From assembly GCA_964019335.1 (NCBI GenBank), contig OZ025695.1:62001-126000 (forward strand): DNA of 64,000 nucleotides, in the 5' to 3' direction. The notes beneath the pieces were generated by a model that saw only the letters and a program-made list of their open reading frames with translations, searched no databases and had not been told where the DNA came from. The first letter of the stretch is position 1; every line of letters begins with the position of its first letter. Shown in pieces: positions 10,645 through 23,271 of the stretch. Source of the stretch: Diplonema japonicum (Eukaryota; Protista; Euglenozoa: Diplonemea). The position numbers were made by a program, and so were the translations under genes.

Positions 10645-11780
10645 CTACAAATCGGGCGGTGGGTAGTTAGGTGGTGACGCCACGCTGCTGTCGTCGCTGT
10701 TGTCACTCATGGCAACCTCCGACAGGGTCCGGATGGACTGCGGTGTGCTGGCCTCGTTCTTTAGATTCAGCTGCTGAACACGCGACGACAAGATTCTTGT
10801 CACGGTTCCATTGCAGCAAGCGGTCCACGCAGCCCGTATGGCACAAGGGGTTGTGAAATGCGCCGACACCCACCCTGCAGAGTCGGCCATGATGCTCGCA
10901 TGGTCTTTGCTCTGTCATTGAATAATCATCCACACCAAGTGTCATACCTCAGGCAGCATGTCGATGTTAGGGTTAGGAATCTCAGGAACTAACATCGGTA
11001 GCAGCTCCTCTGCGGTTACCTTGCCCTTCTTTGTATCGGCACCTGTCGCTTTCAGCCCTTTCAGTAGCGTCTCCGCGAATTTCATATCATCCTAAAGAGA
11101 GAAAATCAAATATGAAATGCAAGTTCAATATACCTGTACCGCCTTCCACGTGACGTCGCCTTTTTCATCGCGGAGGCCTTCAAACCACCTGGCGTAGGCG
11201 GAAAGTTTTCGCTGTGCTTCGAGTTTCCTCTGCTTCTGTTTAGAAACAGCAGGAGAAGCATCTGCTGGTTCCGGGCTCTTCCCTGGCGTGTCGACTGAGT
11301 AGGACCCGTTGCTCTTGAGGTATTTGAGGATCTCATCAGCTGTGTGTGCCTGTTGAGCATCAAGTGAACGCTTCTGCTTGACGAGTGCTACTGGACGGGC
11401 ACCTGTCTTGTTCTTGAGGTTCATCTGTGTGGGTGATAATCAACAGCTAAACATCAACATACATTAGCACCAGCCTCGCACAACAAGAGGACAACCTGCA
11501 AGCTGTTGGCGATTGCTGCCTCATGCAGGGCTGTGTTCCTTCTCTCACACGTGGCGTTAACGTTCGCACCGTGGTCCAGCAGTAGCTTGGTCAGCACCGC
11601 GTTTCTCTTCGACGCTGCGACATGGAGCGGCCTCTCCGCAAACAGCCCACCCCTGTAGTTCACGTTGGCGCCCTTTTCCAAAGCTTCCTTCGCTCCCTTG
11701 GTGTCACCATTCCGCACTGCGTTGAACAGTGCGACATCCACAGACCTGTGCACAGACCTGGATGGGGAAACGCTCATCAC
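10645..11780 (-). CDS. Ankyrin-repeat protein, 4 exons
   Basis: Ankyrin motifs RPLHVAA, GANVN, NTALHEAA. Splicing gives GANMNLKNKTG and continues through DDMKFAE.. to PPPDL*. Confidence 0.75.
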
Positions 11781-11870
11781 ATTTTCAGTATTCCTAACAA
11801 CAGTTATGCATTTGCACCAATAGTAATGTTACACCCGATGCTCATTGAGGGCTTGTAAAAGCCCCTTTGG

Positions 11871-13723
11871 TCATGATACTATACAGCTGCTGCTCCCCTT
11901 GAGCGTTGACAGCTCGTTGTCGATCTGGTGTGTAATGCAAAAACCAAGAACAGGCCTACCTGTGCAAGTCGATCGTTTAAATCGCGTTCTTTGAGTTCAC
12001 GCTCCGCACGGAGCAGCTTGTTTGCCATCTTCTGCTGCTTCTGTGTGGTTTTGGTATTGCTTCAGTGGCCCAACATGCGTACCTTTTCGGAAAGCTCGAT
12101 CTGAATGTCACCTTCAAGAACACGTTTCTCTTGGTCAGCGAGCTGCACTTGCTGTTGAAGAGCTGTTATTTGGGTTTTGAGGAGGCTTGCCTTCTCTTCT
12201 TCACCCTCCTTCAGGGTCATCATTGCACGTGTTGAGTTGAATTGTATTTCCTGAGACTTATTCAAACTTTCCATCAAAGAGTCTCTTTCACTGGATAGAG
12301 ACGACACATGCGTGGTGAGCTCCTGCAACTCCTTCTTAAGGATATCGTTCTCCTTCCTCACGAGCTCGACGCTCAGCTGCAGCCCTGAGGCTTCTTCGCA
12401 CAGCTTCCTCGACGACCTTACCTCGGGCACGTTCTCTCTGTCGTAGGGACTGCCGTGCGTCTTGTGCGAAATAATGTCGTTGCTGATATCGTTGACATTG
12501 CTAGGCCCCGACACGTACCAGTTGGGTGCAATGGTGTTGAACTCTTCGCTGCCTTTGAAGAAGTGGTAATTCATGGATGAGTCGGGCGGCTGTAAGACAC
12601 CATGCAATTGAATGTTCTGCGCCTGCACATCATGCGGCATCATCACCTTAACCAGGAACCTGATGCTCTTCTGCCCCAAGTCCTGCGAGGCGCGTGACTG
12701 GGACATCGATAAGTACGAAAGCCCGCCTGCCGTGTTGTTAAACGAGTTCGATCCCGTCGACGACAGCACGTCTGTCTGTGTGACCAAAGCCTGCGGGTTA
12801 GGGTGCGTCAAGGTTACGTGCACGCATGTCTCCTGCTGCGGGGGGAGGGTCCCTTCAGAGGGCGTGACTCTGAAGCAGCCCTTTCGGATTGTTTGATGGG
12901 GGCGCACTTTGTAAGACAGCGGCTGTGACGTCCTGTTGTACAGGTGCACAATGTTCGTGATCTCCTGCAGGTAAGGGCCGGGGAAATACAGCACCCGACT
13001 GGCGCTCACGGCGTACTTGCTTTTGTCTCCTTTGAGAGACGTAACAGCCTTGGCAACTGATGCCAGACCACCCAATGAAATCGTGTTCGGGTTGGCATAG
13101 CGGTTCGAACGTAGTGAATCAGAGCGGGCGTTGCTAGGGCGCGAGGACGTGACATGAGCTGGCTCGGTGCGGTGAGATGTGGACATGAGCAGTGCTGCCA
13201 TTGCACTCATAACTTCTGAGAACTCCGGGTACGACCACACACCACCCTCCACAGTGTCCACCTGCTGGAAATGGTCCTGGAGAAAGGTAGCAGTGACATC
13301 ACTAGCTGGCACGATGTTGCTTATTAAGGAAACAAAGGCAGCCTTTGCGCTCGGGTTGTTGCAGACGGCCAGCACGACATTGGCTTTATATGCCACCACT
13401 TCATCACCCGATGCGAAAGGCTGCGCTGCTTCCCATATGACCTGCACAGGAGTGCCTGGTTGTGTGTTGGGTGCGACAAGCTCGACCTCGTCCCCGTCGT
13501 GTGCCCCTATGGCCTGCAGCGGCATCCCACCGTGCTCAATGGTGTTCCACACCCGCGACGGGTCCTTCCTCAGCCTCAGCGACCTCCCTTCGTCAAGCTC
13601 TGGTACCCCACACAAGGCAGATAATCCCATTATCTGTGTCCCAGCAGGCACGTACACCTCGCTAGACATCTCCAACATCCCCTCCCCGTTCATGAACATC
13701 ACCACCAGCTTCATGCCGTCCAT
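11871..13723 (-). CDS. Ubiquitin-like + EF-hand-like + MSP/PapD-like + coiled-coil protein, 3 exons
   Basis: PLQAIGAHDGDEVEL (Ubl-like end); FQQVDTVEGGVWSYPEF (EF-like); LYNRTSQPLSYKVR..FRVTPSEGTLPP (MSP-like); heptad-rich C-terminus. Confidence 0.7.
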
Positions 13724-13937
13724 GATTGCCTGTCGTACTGCTACGCTGTAACACGGTGCTAAAGAAAGGGAAACGGACAAGAGTATAGTGTTAAGATCTA
13801 CTTTGCCTTTGAATCCTTTAAAGAAAAAAAAGAGGGGCGGGAAAAGGGGCAAAAAACAAAAAAAAAAATAAAAAAAAGAAGTAGCGAACTTATCCTTTAA
13901 GGGTCTGTGTTGGGTTAATTTCTATTCTCGTTCTTCC

Positions 13938-16713
13938 TTATTGGCTCAGCCGCATGGGGCGTCTCTCTGTGAGCTGACGGAGCCGTTCATCGTACTCGCC
14001 AAGTAGGGCGTAGAGATCGTTCTGGTCCATTTCTAATTGCTGAACCTTCTTTTTATATGTGACAATCTGGTCGGGGTCTGCTGCCTTAGAGGGAGGGGGT
14101 GCGGAGATGGCAAGTGACATGTCGTTGGAAGGGTAGGTGCTGTCAAGGTAGCGGGAGGCGCCGCAGCTGTCAAGTGCAGCCTGTGAAACAGTACAAATAT
14201 ATATCCTCAGCATACCTTAAGGGCAGAGTTATCCAGAGCAGCCTGCCCCAGCAACGCCAGCCTGCTGTCCGTTTGGTCAAGGCGTTCTTCTACAGATGTG
14301 AGAGTCGTCAGGAGGTTTAAGTTCTCTTTCTCCATCATCGCCTTCGACTCTGCCATTGAATTCACATTCTCTTCTGTGATCTTCTTCTGGATCTCTGCCA
14401 TTTTCTGGTCCTCCATCCTCCTCCGTTTCTCTTCTTCAAGCTCCATCTCCAACTTGCGTATATGTTCCACCTGCTCTGCCAGTCTGGTGTCCATCTCTAC
14501 CTCCTTCTGATGGAAGTTCTGCTTAATCGACACTATAGTCTGTTTGAAAGTGCGCGTGTACATGAATTCGTCATACCTCCTCTACGGGTGGTGTCTCCCT
14601 TGCCGCAGCGAGTTCCTCTTTCACCTTCATCAGCTCTTTCCGAAGGATCTCCATGTCAGCATCACGCTGCTGCATGACCTGCCTCAACGATTCGTTGTCG
14701 CCGCTTGCAACAGATCCTTCCGCTGCAGGTGCCTGTCAAATATGGATATCGATGAGAAAAAGAAAATGCACACCGCGATGTCTAGAAGCACACTCTTCTG
14801 TATCTCTTCGTAAATCCCTTCTATCAGTTTCTCGAGGTCGGCGTCCCACAGCCCAGGCGACGGGCTAACGCCTGTGATCGAAGCACCTCTCACAAAGCTG
14901 TCATCCTGCGAAAGGTTTACTTCAAGAAACAGGCATTCTCACACACCTGTCGCAACGCGTTGAACCTAACAAGGAACCTGTCCAGACCTATCCTCCGCAC
15001 AAGGGCGTCACGTAGTGTTCTTTTCCCTATGACGTACTCTTCACTCTCTTCGCCGTCGAGGGCTATTTTACCAACCCCAACAAGCGCACAGCTCAGAACC
15101 TAATTAAATTGTAAGCCGTCTCAACAGCATACCTGTATGGCGATGGGCTCGATGCCGTCCGCATTCGCAGTCTCAATAAAGAAGGTGGCTGCAGACATGT
15201 TCTCAAGGAACTGGAGAACTGCAGGAGGGTTGTTGGAGAGCCATTTGAGAATGACACGGAAGAGAGCGTGCGAGTGTATTGCCTTCTGCTCACGGACTGC
15301 CAAGGTGAGGGAGGTGATGAGGGAAGCAAACGTCGATGTCCCGTCGAATGTGCTGGAGAGCATGTTAGTCTGCACACTGGGGCAGGTCAAGAGCTGCGAG
15401 AGTATATAAGAGCAGTAGTGGACGGAGACAGGAGATGTGGAGAAGAGACCGGCGACGAGCATCTTCCCTGGGTGCGGCTGTGCCGCGTTGTTCACCTCAC
15501 CTACCACACCAGCGCTCACTTGTTCATGGATGGCGCTGCTCTTCAACATCGTGGCAAACAGCTCAGCAGCAACGCACTGCCTTTGCGTGTTGTCATCTGC
15601 TGTGAGGTATCCAGTGAGGTGGTTAATCCATTTGTACAGCCCCGACTTCCTCTCGACCACCAAGGACAGAAGTTGCTCCTTAATGGTGTCGCTGCCCTCA
15701 GCAAGCATAGTGAGGCACCGGAGTGCTTCCGTCTGCGCTTCCACGTTGGGCGATGGGTGGATGGACACGCTGGCCAGACCATTCAGCAAGCTGTTGCCTG
15801 TCAACACTTCTTCGCCCTTTCGTGTTGTAATCCCCGCGATCGCGTTTACTGTCTTTGTGACTTCACCCTCAGCTCGCTTTCCTTTAAGGAAGTATGAGAT
15901 GAGGTAGATAGTGAGCACCACAATCTTGCTGGCAGAGTCCGTCAGCTGCGACTCGTCGAAGGTCAGCAGCGGTATTAAAGAGGACAGGCCAGTGAAGTCG
16001 CGGAAGTATTTTTGGTTTGAAATATTGGTGGCGAGCAGGTGGTGCAGGATGTCGAGGCAGTCCTCAACAAGGATGCCCCCGTTGACGCCGCCTTCATCTT
16101 TGATGATCTTGAACAGCGAGTCGAAGATGTTCTCGTAGACGATGATCTTCTGCACCTCCTCGTCGGTGATGGCGATGGACTTCATCAGCAGGAGGCCCTC
16201 ATTCCGCAGGATGCCGTTGTTCTCGTTATCGTTCAGGATGTTAACTAATGTGTGGAGACCGTTGCTGGCCGTCGAGAACTTCGAGACCACAGAGGGATGG
16301 TACTCCACAAGACTTGTTAGGAACCTCAGTACATTGTATTTTGCGTGGAAACCTTGCTCATGGAGGACAGCCAGTAAAGTTTCCACACCTTTGAAGTTGT
16401 TCTCCTTGTCGGCAAACACCTGTAGGAATGTCTCCTTCCCAGACCCTTCGATGAGCTCTGTCATGACCATCAGCACCCCATTGCTGATCGTGCTGTCGTC
16501 GCTGTTCAGCCTCAGCACTGTCATCAGCGACTCAAAGCCTCCGTTTCCCATCTCCATCAGATCCGCTCCGTTCATCCCTTGCAGCTCTTGCACGGCCTCC
16601 CTCTTATCCTGCAAGGTGGAACAATTTTTTGCCCTTGATATTAAGAGCGGTATCTGCTGCGCGGGGCTCACTTCCTTCTTCCCCTTGTCCCCACCGATCC
16701 CTAGCCCCCACAT
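13938..16713 (-). CDS. USO1: USO1/p115 vesicle-tethering factor, 6 exons
   Basis: p115 head motifs LQDKREAV, ILRNEGLLL, VQKIIVYENIFDSLFKIIKDEGGVNGGILVEDCL, NISNQKYFR and RRIGLDRF, plus a coiled-coil tail. Five 33-41 nt introns. Confidence 0.9.
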
Positions 16714-16817
16714 TTTGCTGTGTTTGTTTCTGTCGTGTTGTTGTTAAAACCCTGCTCAGCGATTTATCTTATAAACACGACCACTCGTATTGGTGTGTAA
16801 ACACCAATGTTAAAAGG

Positions 16818-19800
16818 TCATAGGGTTAACTCTATCTTTTTTCCGTGGTGCATTGTCATCAAGTTGTAGCGGCTCTCCCGCCCTGACCGTCGTTTACTCT
16901 CGACAACGCATTCTATCGACTTCCTGGGAGACACGCCTGTGGTTGCTTCCTTTATGATGGCTGTGTCCAATGGCTTGATTGCGGCAACAGGCTCATCTTT
17001 CTCAAGCCTTGCTACAAGCTTTTCCGTGTCCGCCTTGTTGGTTTTGACGTAATTACTGTTATCCTCCTCCTGTAGTGTTGTTGCTAAATTGTTTCTTTTT
17101 TGTGACACACCAATTCCTTTCTTGCCTTCTGCAGCATCTGCGTTCTAATGTTGGCGTATTTTTCCGTGGGCGGGGGTGGTGGCCGCCTCCCTTGCGCCAG
17201 TGCAATCTCCGTCGCCTTCCGCCAGAACAAGTACTCCCTGATCTTCCTGATAACGTAGACCCTGGATCCGAACTCCTTTTCGAGCATCTTGAGCGTTCTA
17301 AAAGCAAGCATCCATGAAATGATTTTGCGTGCAGCAAGCTTCTGCTCGATACTTTTCTTCTCGGCTTGCCATTGTTTGTTCTGGCCGTACTTGAGGCACT
17401 CAGTGTGGTAGAACCTGATGTAGGTGGACGTCGCGATATTGAGAAGGTCACGCCACTTAACCATGGGAACCACCGGCTGCTTCCCATCCTTCTGGTTGTC
17501 CTTCGACACGTGGTATATGGTGAACATGATGAACTCGTACCGTTTCCTTCCAAGAGGTCCTTCGATGGCCATCAGATCGCACCCTAGCGGGTTCCCAATG
17601 GCGTGTAGCTGCGTCAGTATGGTGCGAATTTTGAACCGCGGGAGCTCCGCTCTGCACCCGAAGTCCTCGTCACACCAGACGTCGTCGAAATCAGTAACGT
17701 CGGTCTCTGAGAGACAGAATGTGCTCTCCGAGAAGATGTGCCCGAAGTTGTCCAAAATCACAGCAAGGATGAGATTGATGAAGATGTAGACCCCCACCAC
17801 ATAGAAGGAGAAGAAGTACGCGGCCGCAACGGCGGGGTTCCCGCAGTCGTTCATCCAATAGCTTCCCTCAATGACAGTGCAGAAAGGCTCCTGCACCATG
17901 CAGTCGTGCATGAGAAAGTGCCAATTGTCCAGAGTGAGAACACGGAAGACAGTCCCAAGCCCGGTGTTCGTGCTTCGAAAGTTTGCATTTTTCCCGATAA
18001 AAGACTGGTCGCGCACCGAGCCGAACATCGACTTCCCAAAGACAGTGTAGATCAACATAAGCATCAAAGACAGGACGAAGATGTTAAATATAGCAGGGAT
18101 GGATATCATAAGTGTGCGGAATAGGAATTTGACGCCGGTTGTGGCGTTCATGAGTTTGAAAACACGCGCTACGCGGAGCATTCTCACGACACCAACCGTG
18201 GCGACACTGCCGCCGCTTTGACTCTTCAAAATAACTGCAGCCATGGAACCGAACACTACAAAGGCGTCGAAGGAGTTCCACCTGTTTTTGAAGTAGTTGG
18301 AAAGCCCACCGTAGGCGATGATCTTAACCACCATCTCTGCGATGTAACAGGCAAGGAAGAAGTAGTCAATCGAGTCGAGTGTGTTGGTCCAGTAGTCGGG
18401 CTGGCTGGCGTGTTTAGACGCCATGAACCCGATGTTGACGGTGATGAGGCACAAAATGAAAGGGTCGAAGTACTTGTGCGTTACGAAGTAGTAAAGAAAA
18501 AGCCGCACTGACGAGGAATTGAAGTCAGGAGGCTTCACGCCATGCATTTTTGACTCGAAGAGCTTAATGGTCTTCTGGAAGTCTGACCAGGCACGTTGGT
18601 CTTCTGTCATAATGGAAATGCCCATCTCGTGGTAGATACGGTCGAGGATGACAGCGACAAAGATGTTGACGAAGAAGAACGAGCAGATTACGATCACCGT
18701 CACGAAGTAAATGGAGTTCATGGGCGACGACATGAATTCCGGCTGAACGTCCTTCTCTGTGATGTCCATCGCGTTGAACATAGGGATCGTCCATGAAGCA
18801 AGCGACGTCACCTCTATGAGTGTGATGATGGCGGCCCCGATGGTGTCGAAGTTCTGCACCGGTTTCGTCCACACCCTGTGCAACAGCACATCGTTTGAGT
18901 TCACAAATGTTCCTATACAGTCCACCTTCCCCGTTGCCCCTGTGTCCGTGCAGTAATTAAACTTCCCTGCAAACAACGCGATGCCCACAATCCCCGAGAG
19001 CAGAAACCACAGTACCATCCCAATCACAATCGTGAATGTCGCCGGCAGTGCTCCCCAAATCGCGCTTACAATAATATGGAGCGACTGCACTTTCCTTAGA
19101 GCTCTGATCGGCCTTAACGTTCTGAATACCTGCACGATTTTTAACCTTGGCAGTACGATAGTCACTCCCATCGCTACGATCAGGATAAAATCCAATTTGT
19201 TCCAATGCCCATTGAGGTACCCTTGCTTCCCCGTCCACGGCGGGCCCCAGAACCCGACCGCAAGCGATTTCAGTAACACTTCCTGCCCGAAGATGCCAAG
19301 CCACACCCAGTCGAGCGTCCTCAATATTTTGTACTTTTGCTGGGCTTGCGTTTCTTCTTCTTGCCACCAGGTGGCATGCGCTGGCTCTTCCAAGGCAAGT
19401 GTGACACTCGACAAGGCGATCACAAGCACGATGAACAACTCGTAATACTTGTGTTCCACGAAGTACTTGAGATTCGTCCTGAAAGCGCCTTTGTAGTGAA
19501 AGAGAAAAAACGAGTACTCGATCTCGGTTGAGGTGTGCATGGTCTCCTTCGCGACATCGTCCTCCTTTATGAGGTTCCTTGCAGGGAGGTGAATGTTCAG
19601 GGTCTCGCCCTCTTCTGCGTCGATGGTCCCACTCTGCAAGGTGTGCGTTGCATGGTTCTTGCTGATGTACATCTGGATCGTGTCCTCACGCTGAGAAAGG
19701 AGGTCCACTGTGGTGTTAACCTCCAGCTCTGAGGCCTCCCCCCTCCCGATCTCCATTTTCGCAACGTTCCCCATCTCGCACTCCTGCTCGTCCTGCGTTA

Positions 19801-21955
19801 ACAGAGACAGGTCCGACAACAGCGCTTCAATGTCGCCCTTTGTTTTGTTCTCTAGCAACGCATGCAGCTCTCTTGCTAGTGAGTCCTCTTGTAAAGCTTC
19901 TTCTCGCTGCTTCTTGATCTCTTCCGGTGTCGCAAGGAACGCTGCAATCTTCTTCCACACCTTCCCCAGGAACGTGTCTGTCTGTGACCTGGCGCTCCGC
20001 TTCTTGAACGACATGGTCTGCTCTTTGTACTGCAACACCTGCTCTTCGTACTTTGTCATGTCGTCCTTGTCGAAGTTCTCCAGCACGACAGCCGTGAACA
20101 AGTTCAGCAACACCCACACCGAAAACATGTAGAAGAAAACGATGAAGAAGACACCCAGCAACCCGTTGCCAAACCACGCCGTGCGCATGTATGCTTCCCA
20201 CGTGTCGCCGCTCATCACCTGGAACAACAGGAGCTGGCTGCTGAAGAAGTGATCAAAGTGCAGTCGCATCCTCTTCCCATCCTCTTCGCCTAACATCCTA
20301 CCCGCCAAGAACTGCATCCCCACCACACCGAAGACGAAGAAGGAGACTGTGATGAGGCCCACAATGCTGATTGCACCGGGGATGCCGGCAACACTCCTGT
20401 TGAACAGGTTCTGCACAGGGCGCAAGCCTTCGTAGTAAAAAGCCAGTTGCAGCACTCTCAGTCTGAAGAACGAAAGGGACGTGCCTGCAAATATGAGGCT
20501 GATGACAGAGAATATGAGCACAATGGCATCAAAGAGGTCCCACGAAGAAGACAGGAACACCTTCACAGACGACCTGCCAGTAACGCAGAACCGTATTACA
20601 AGCTCCAACGCCAGCAGGGCTGTGAAGACGTAGTCCGCAGTGCGCAACAGGGATTTATGTTCTTCTGACACATCAGCGCCGTCAGTGGCCTTTAATGCCG
20701 CGTTTGCAAGTGTGAGCAAGACAACAAAGACCAACAGGGCCCTCGACTGGACGTATGGAACTAGCTGCAGCCGTAGCAGCTCCCATGGTGACATCTTGTG
20801 GTCCTTTCTCTTGTTGATGGGCAGCGAGGTGGCGGTGCTCCCCCATGATTCGCACGTCTGCGTAATGTCGTCGCTAATAATACCCCACTTCAGCGTGAGG
20901 GCGATCTTCCTCTTGCGCACCTCGTTCCACGCCTTTTTCGAATCGTACGACAGAAAGAACAGCGAAGGGTGCTCTAAGTTCTCGACATCGCGCACCCTTC
21001 CGAAGACCGCACCCACGACAGCGACGAAGAGGTTGACGACAACATAGTTGAGACAGAAGATCAGCAGGAAGAAGTAGAGAGCGGGGAGAACGGTAGACCC
21101 CTCGCCTTCTTGGATGTGATAGACGTGTTCTGTCCATCCGGAGAGCGTGGAGACCTGCCAGATAATAACAACCGCATGGAAGAGATCGTCGAAGTGTGCT
21201 TTGCCGCTATAGTATCGCTCGTTGTCAAGCTTAGCGCACAGCATACCGTCGGGGCAATTACCTCGGCTAACGTCATGGTCCTTGAAGGTGGGCTTGCAGG
21301 ACTGCCGGACTAGCGGTTCCTCGATGACACCGTTGGCGAAGGCGTCCTCCATCACACACCATCGGGAAAGCGTGTTCTGAAACAACTCCACCGACAGAAC
21401 CCCGAAAACAAGGAAGAAAAACCCCATGAACGCAGAATTGTCCACAACAAGAGAAATCCCGCTTTTCAATGAACTCATGATGTCCCTGAAACCGTCGATG
21501 TATTTTATGGCACGGAATATACGAACAGCACGAAAAGCTCTGATGGACTCGAAGCCTCGCGACTCGATGGCAGATCCAAGGATGGACCCCACGACAACAA
21601 GGAAGTCAAGACGGTAGAATGTACTGATGTTCCAGTAGGAGTACGGGCCGAGGAACGCGCCCAACGCAATCATTTTGAGGACCATCTCCAAGGCGAACAT
21701 CGACAGAACAAACACGTCACAGATGTTGACGATCTTCACCTTCAAGCTGTCGGGGTCGTCGATGGGTGTCACTATCGCCATCGTAATAGAGTTGGCCATG
21801 ATCAGTACGTACATTATGGTGGCCGTGTATTGGTGAAACGAGACGAAGTACGCCAGCTGCCTCCAAGGGTTCTTTGCATTGAACACGAAAAAAGAGTTCC
21901 CCTTCAACCCGTCGACACCGACCTTCTGGGAGATCAGCTTTTCCAACGACGACAT
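16818..21955 (-). CDS. Four-domain voltage-gated cation channel alpha subunit (Cav/Nav/NALCN superfamily); intron 17070-17110
   Basis: Four 6-TM repeats, S4 RxxR arrays, pore loops TLSGW/SGDTW/SLASW/TLDNW, MTEDQ III-IV linker, INLILAVILDNF and an IQ-like motif. Confidence 0.93.
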
Positions 21956-22303
21956 TGCTCCTTTTTTTTTTTTTTTTTTTTTTTTGAAAATGTTGTTGTT
22001 CAAAAAAATTGTATGTTCTTTTAGATAAAAAAAGAGGGGGGGGGAAACCAATAAAGAAACTTGAGACACTATATTGGGGGGTATAAAAACTTTTTTGGAG
22101 GGGGGCTTTGGATGTGCGTGGTTTTTAACAATTTTCTTTTAAAAAAAATCTTTTTCCCGTTCGTAGAAAAAAACAAAAAAAAACCATTACCCCTTAATAC
22201 ACTAAATGGGGGGGGGGGGGGGGGACGGATTTCTTTTTTGTTAAATAGCTCACTGGTCGGTGTCTATTTGAGTATGAAGGAGGGGGGGGGGGAGAAAAAA
22301 AGA

Positions 22304-22617
22304 TCACGGGAGAGGGTTGACAGTCTCTTTGAATGCGTTCCAAAGGCTGCAGGGGTTCACTTTTGGGTACACAACAGGGTACACCTATGATTGGAGTTTT
22401 CCCCCCCCCCCCCTTTTTTTTCCCCCCTTATTGCCACACCTGCGCCATCCTCCCATCAGGAAGGGCCACAAAGGCCTCACGGTTAATCCGGTCATAAGTA
22501 CCCTCAGCCTCGTCAGCGAGGTTCGCCCTGTAGTGCTTCTGCTTCTGCCACACTGCAAAGCCACACACGCCAAATAGGAGGTACTTTGATTTTGTCCCCA
22601 GTGTTCGGAGCTGTATT

Positions 22618-22672
<55 letters not shown>

Positions 22673-22736
22673 TGTGGTTTTTTTCCCGTTGTCGTACCTG
22701 GGATGCGTGGGATCTCGAGAAGATGTTGTTGAACAT
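22304..22736 (-). CDS. Small (~96 aa) single-TM protein, 3 exons; recalled as resembling a trypanosomatid ATP synthase accessory subunit
   Basis: Spliced product MFNNIFSRSHASQLRTLGTKSKYLLFGVCGFAVWQKQKHYRANLADEAEGTYDRINREAFVALPDGRMAQVYPVVYPKVNPCSLWNAFKETVNPLP (introns 22611-22697, 22385-22439). The family call is from memory of the YDRIN..ALPDGRMA.VYP motif and is unverified. Confidence 0.55.
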
Positions 22737-23271
22737 TTTCTTTTTAACCCTTTTTCTCTACCTTTTGTGTGGGGTGTGTGAAGTGTGTGGAACGACCACA
22801 AAGGGGACAAAACCTCGAACAAATAAAGAAATCACAAAATACACCACAAAAGAAGAAACAGGACAGGAAAAAGGAACAAGGAAAAGAGGGGAAAAAAAAA
22901 AGGGGGGCAACACGTTTATCTCTCCCACCCCTCAAAAAATAAAACAAGACACATTTCATTTTTTTATAAATGAAAACGCTGCCACACGGGAGGGAGGGAG
23001 GGTAGCATCTTCTATTCTTTCCGTTTTTCCGTTCGTGGAGTTCCTTTTCCCTTTCCTTTTGTTGTCCATTTTATCTTTTTTTTAGACCCCCCCAAAAATG
23101 TCCACACGGTGCGAGGCGAAAAAGAAAACACGCTTTTCTTTGGGGAGCAGAGGGTAGCAAAGGAACTCCGCGTTACGTTCCAAGAATATGAACAAAAATA
23201 TAATAATAATAATAAAAGGATAGGAAGTAAGAAGCATCATAATAGAGAAAAGAAAGTAGAAGAAAAGCCTT

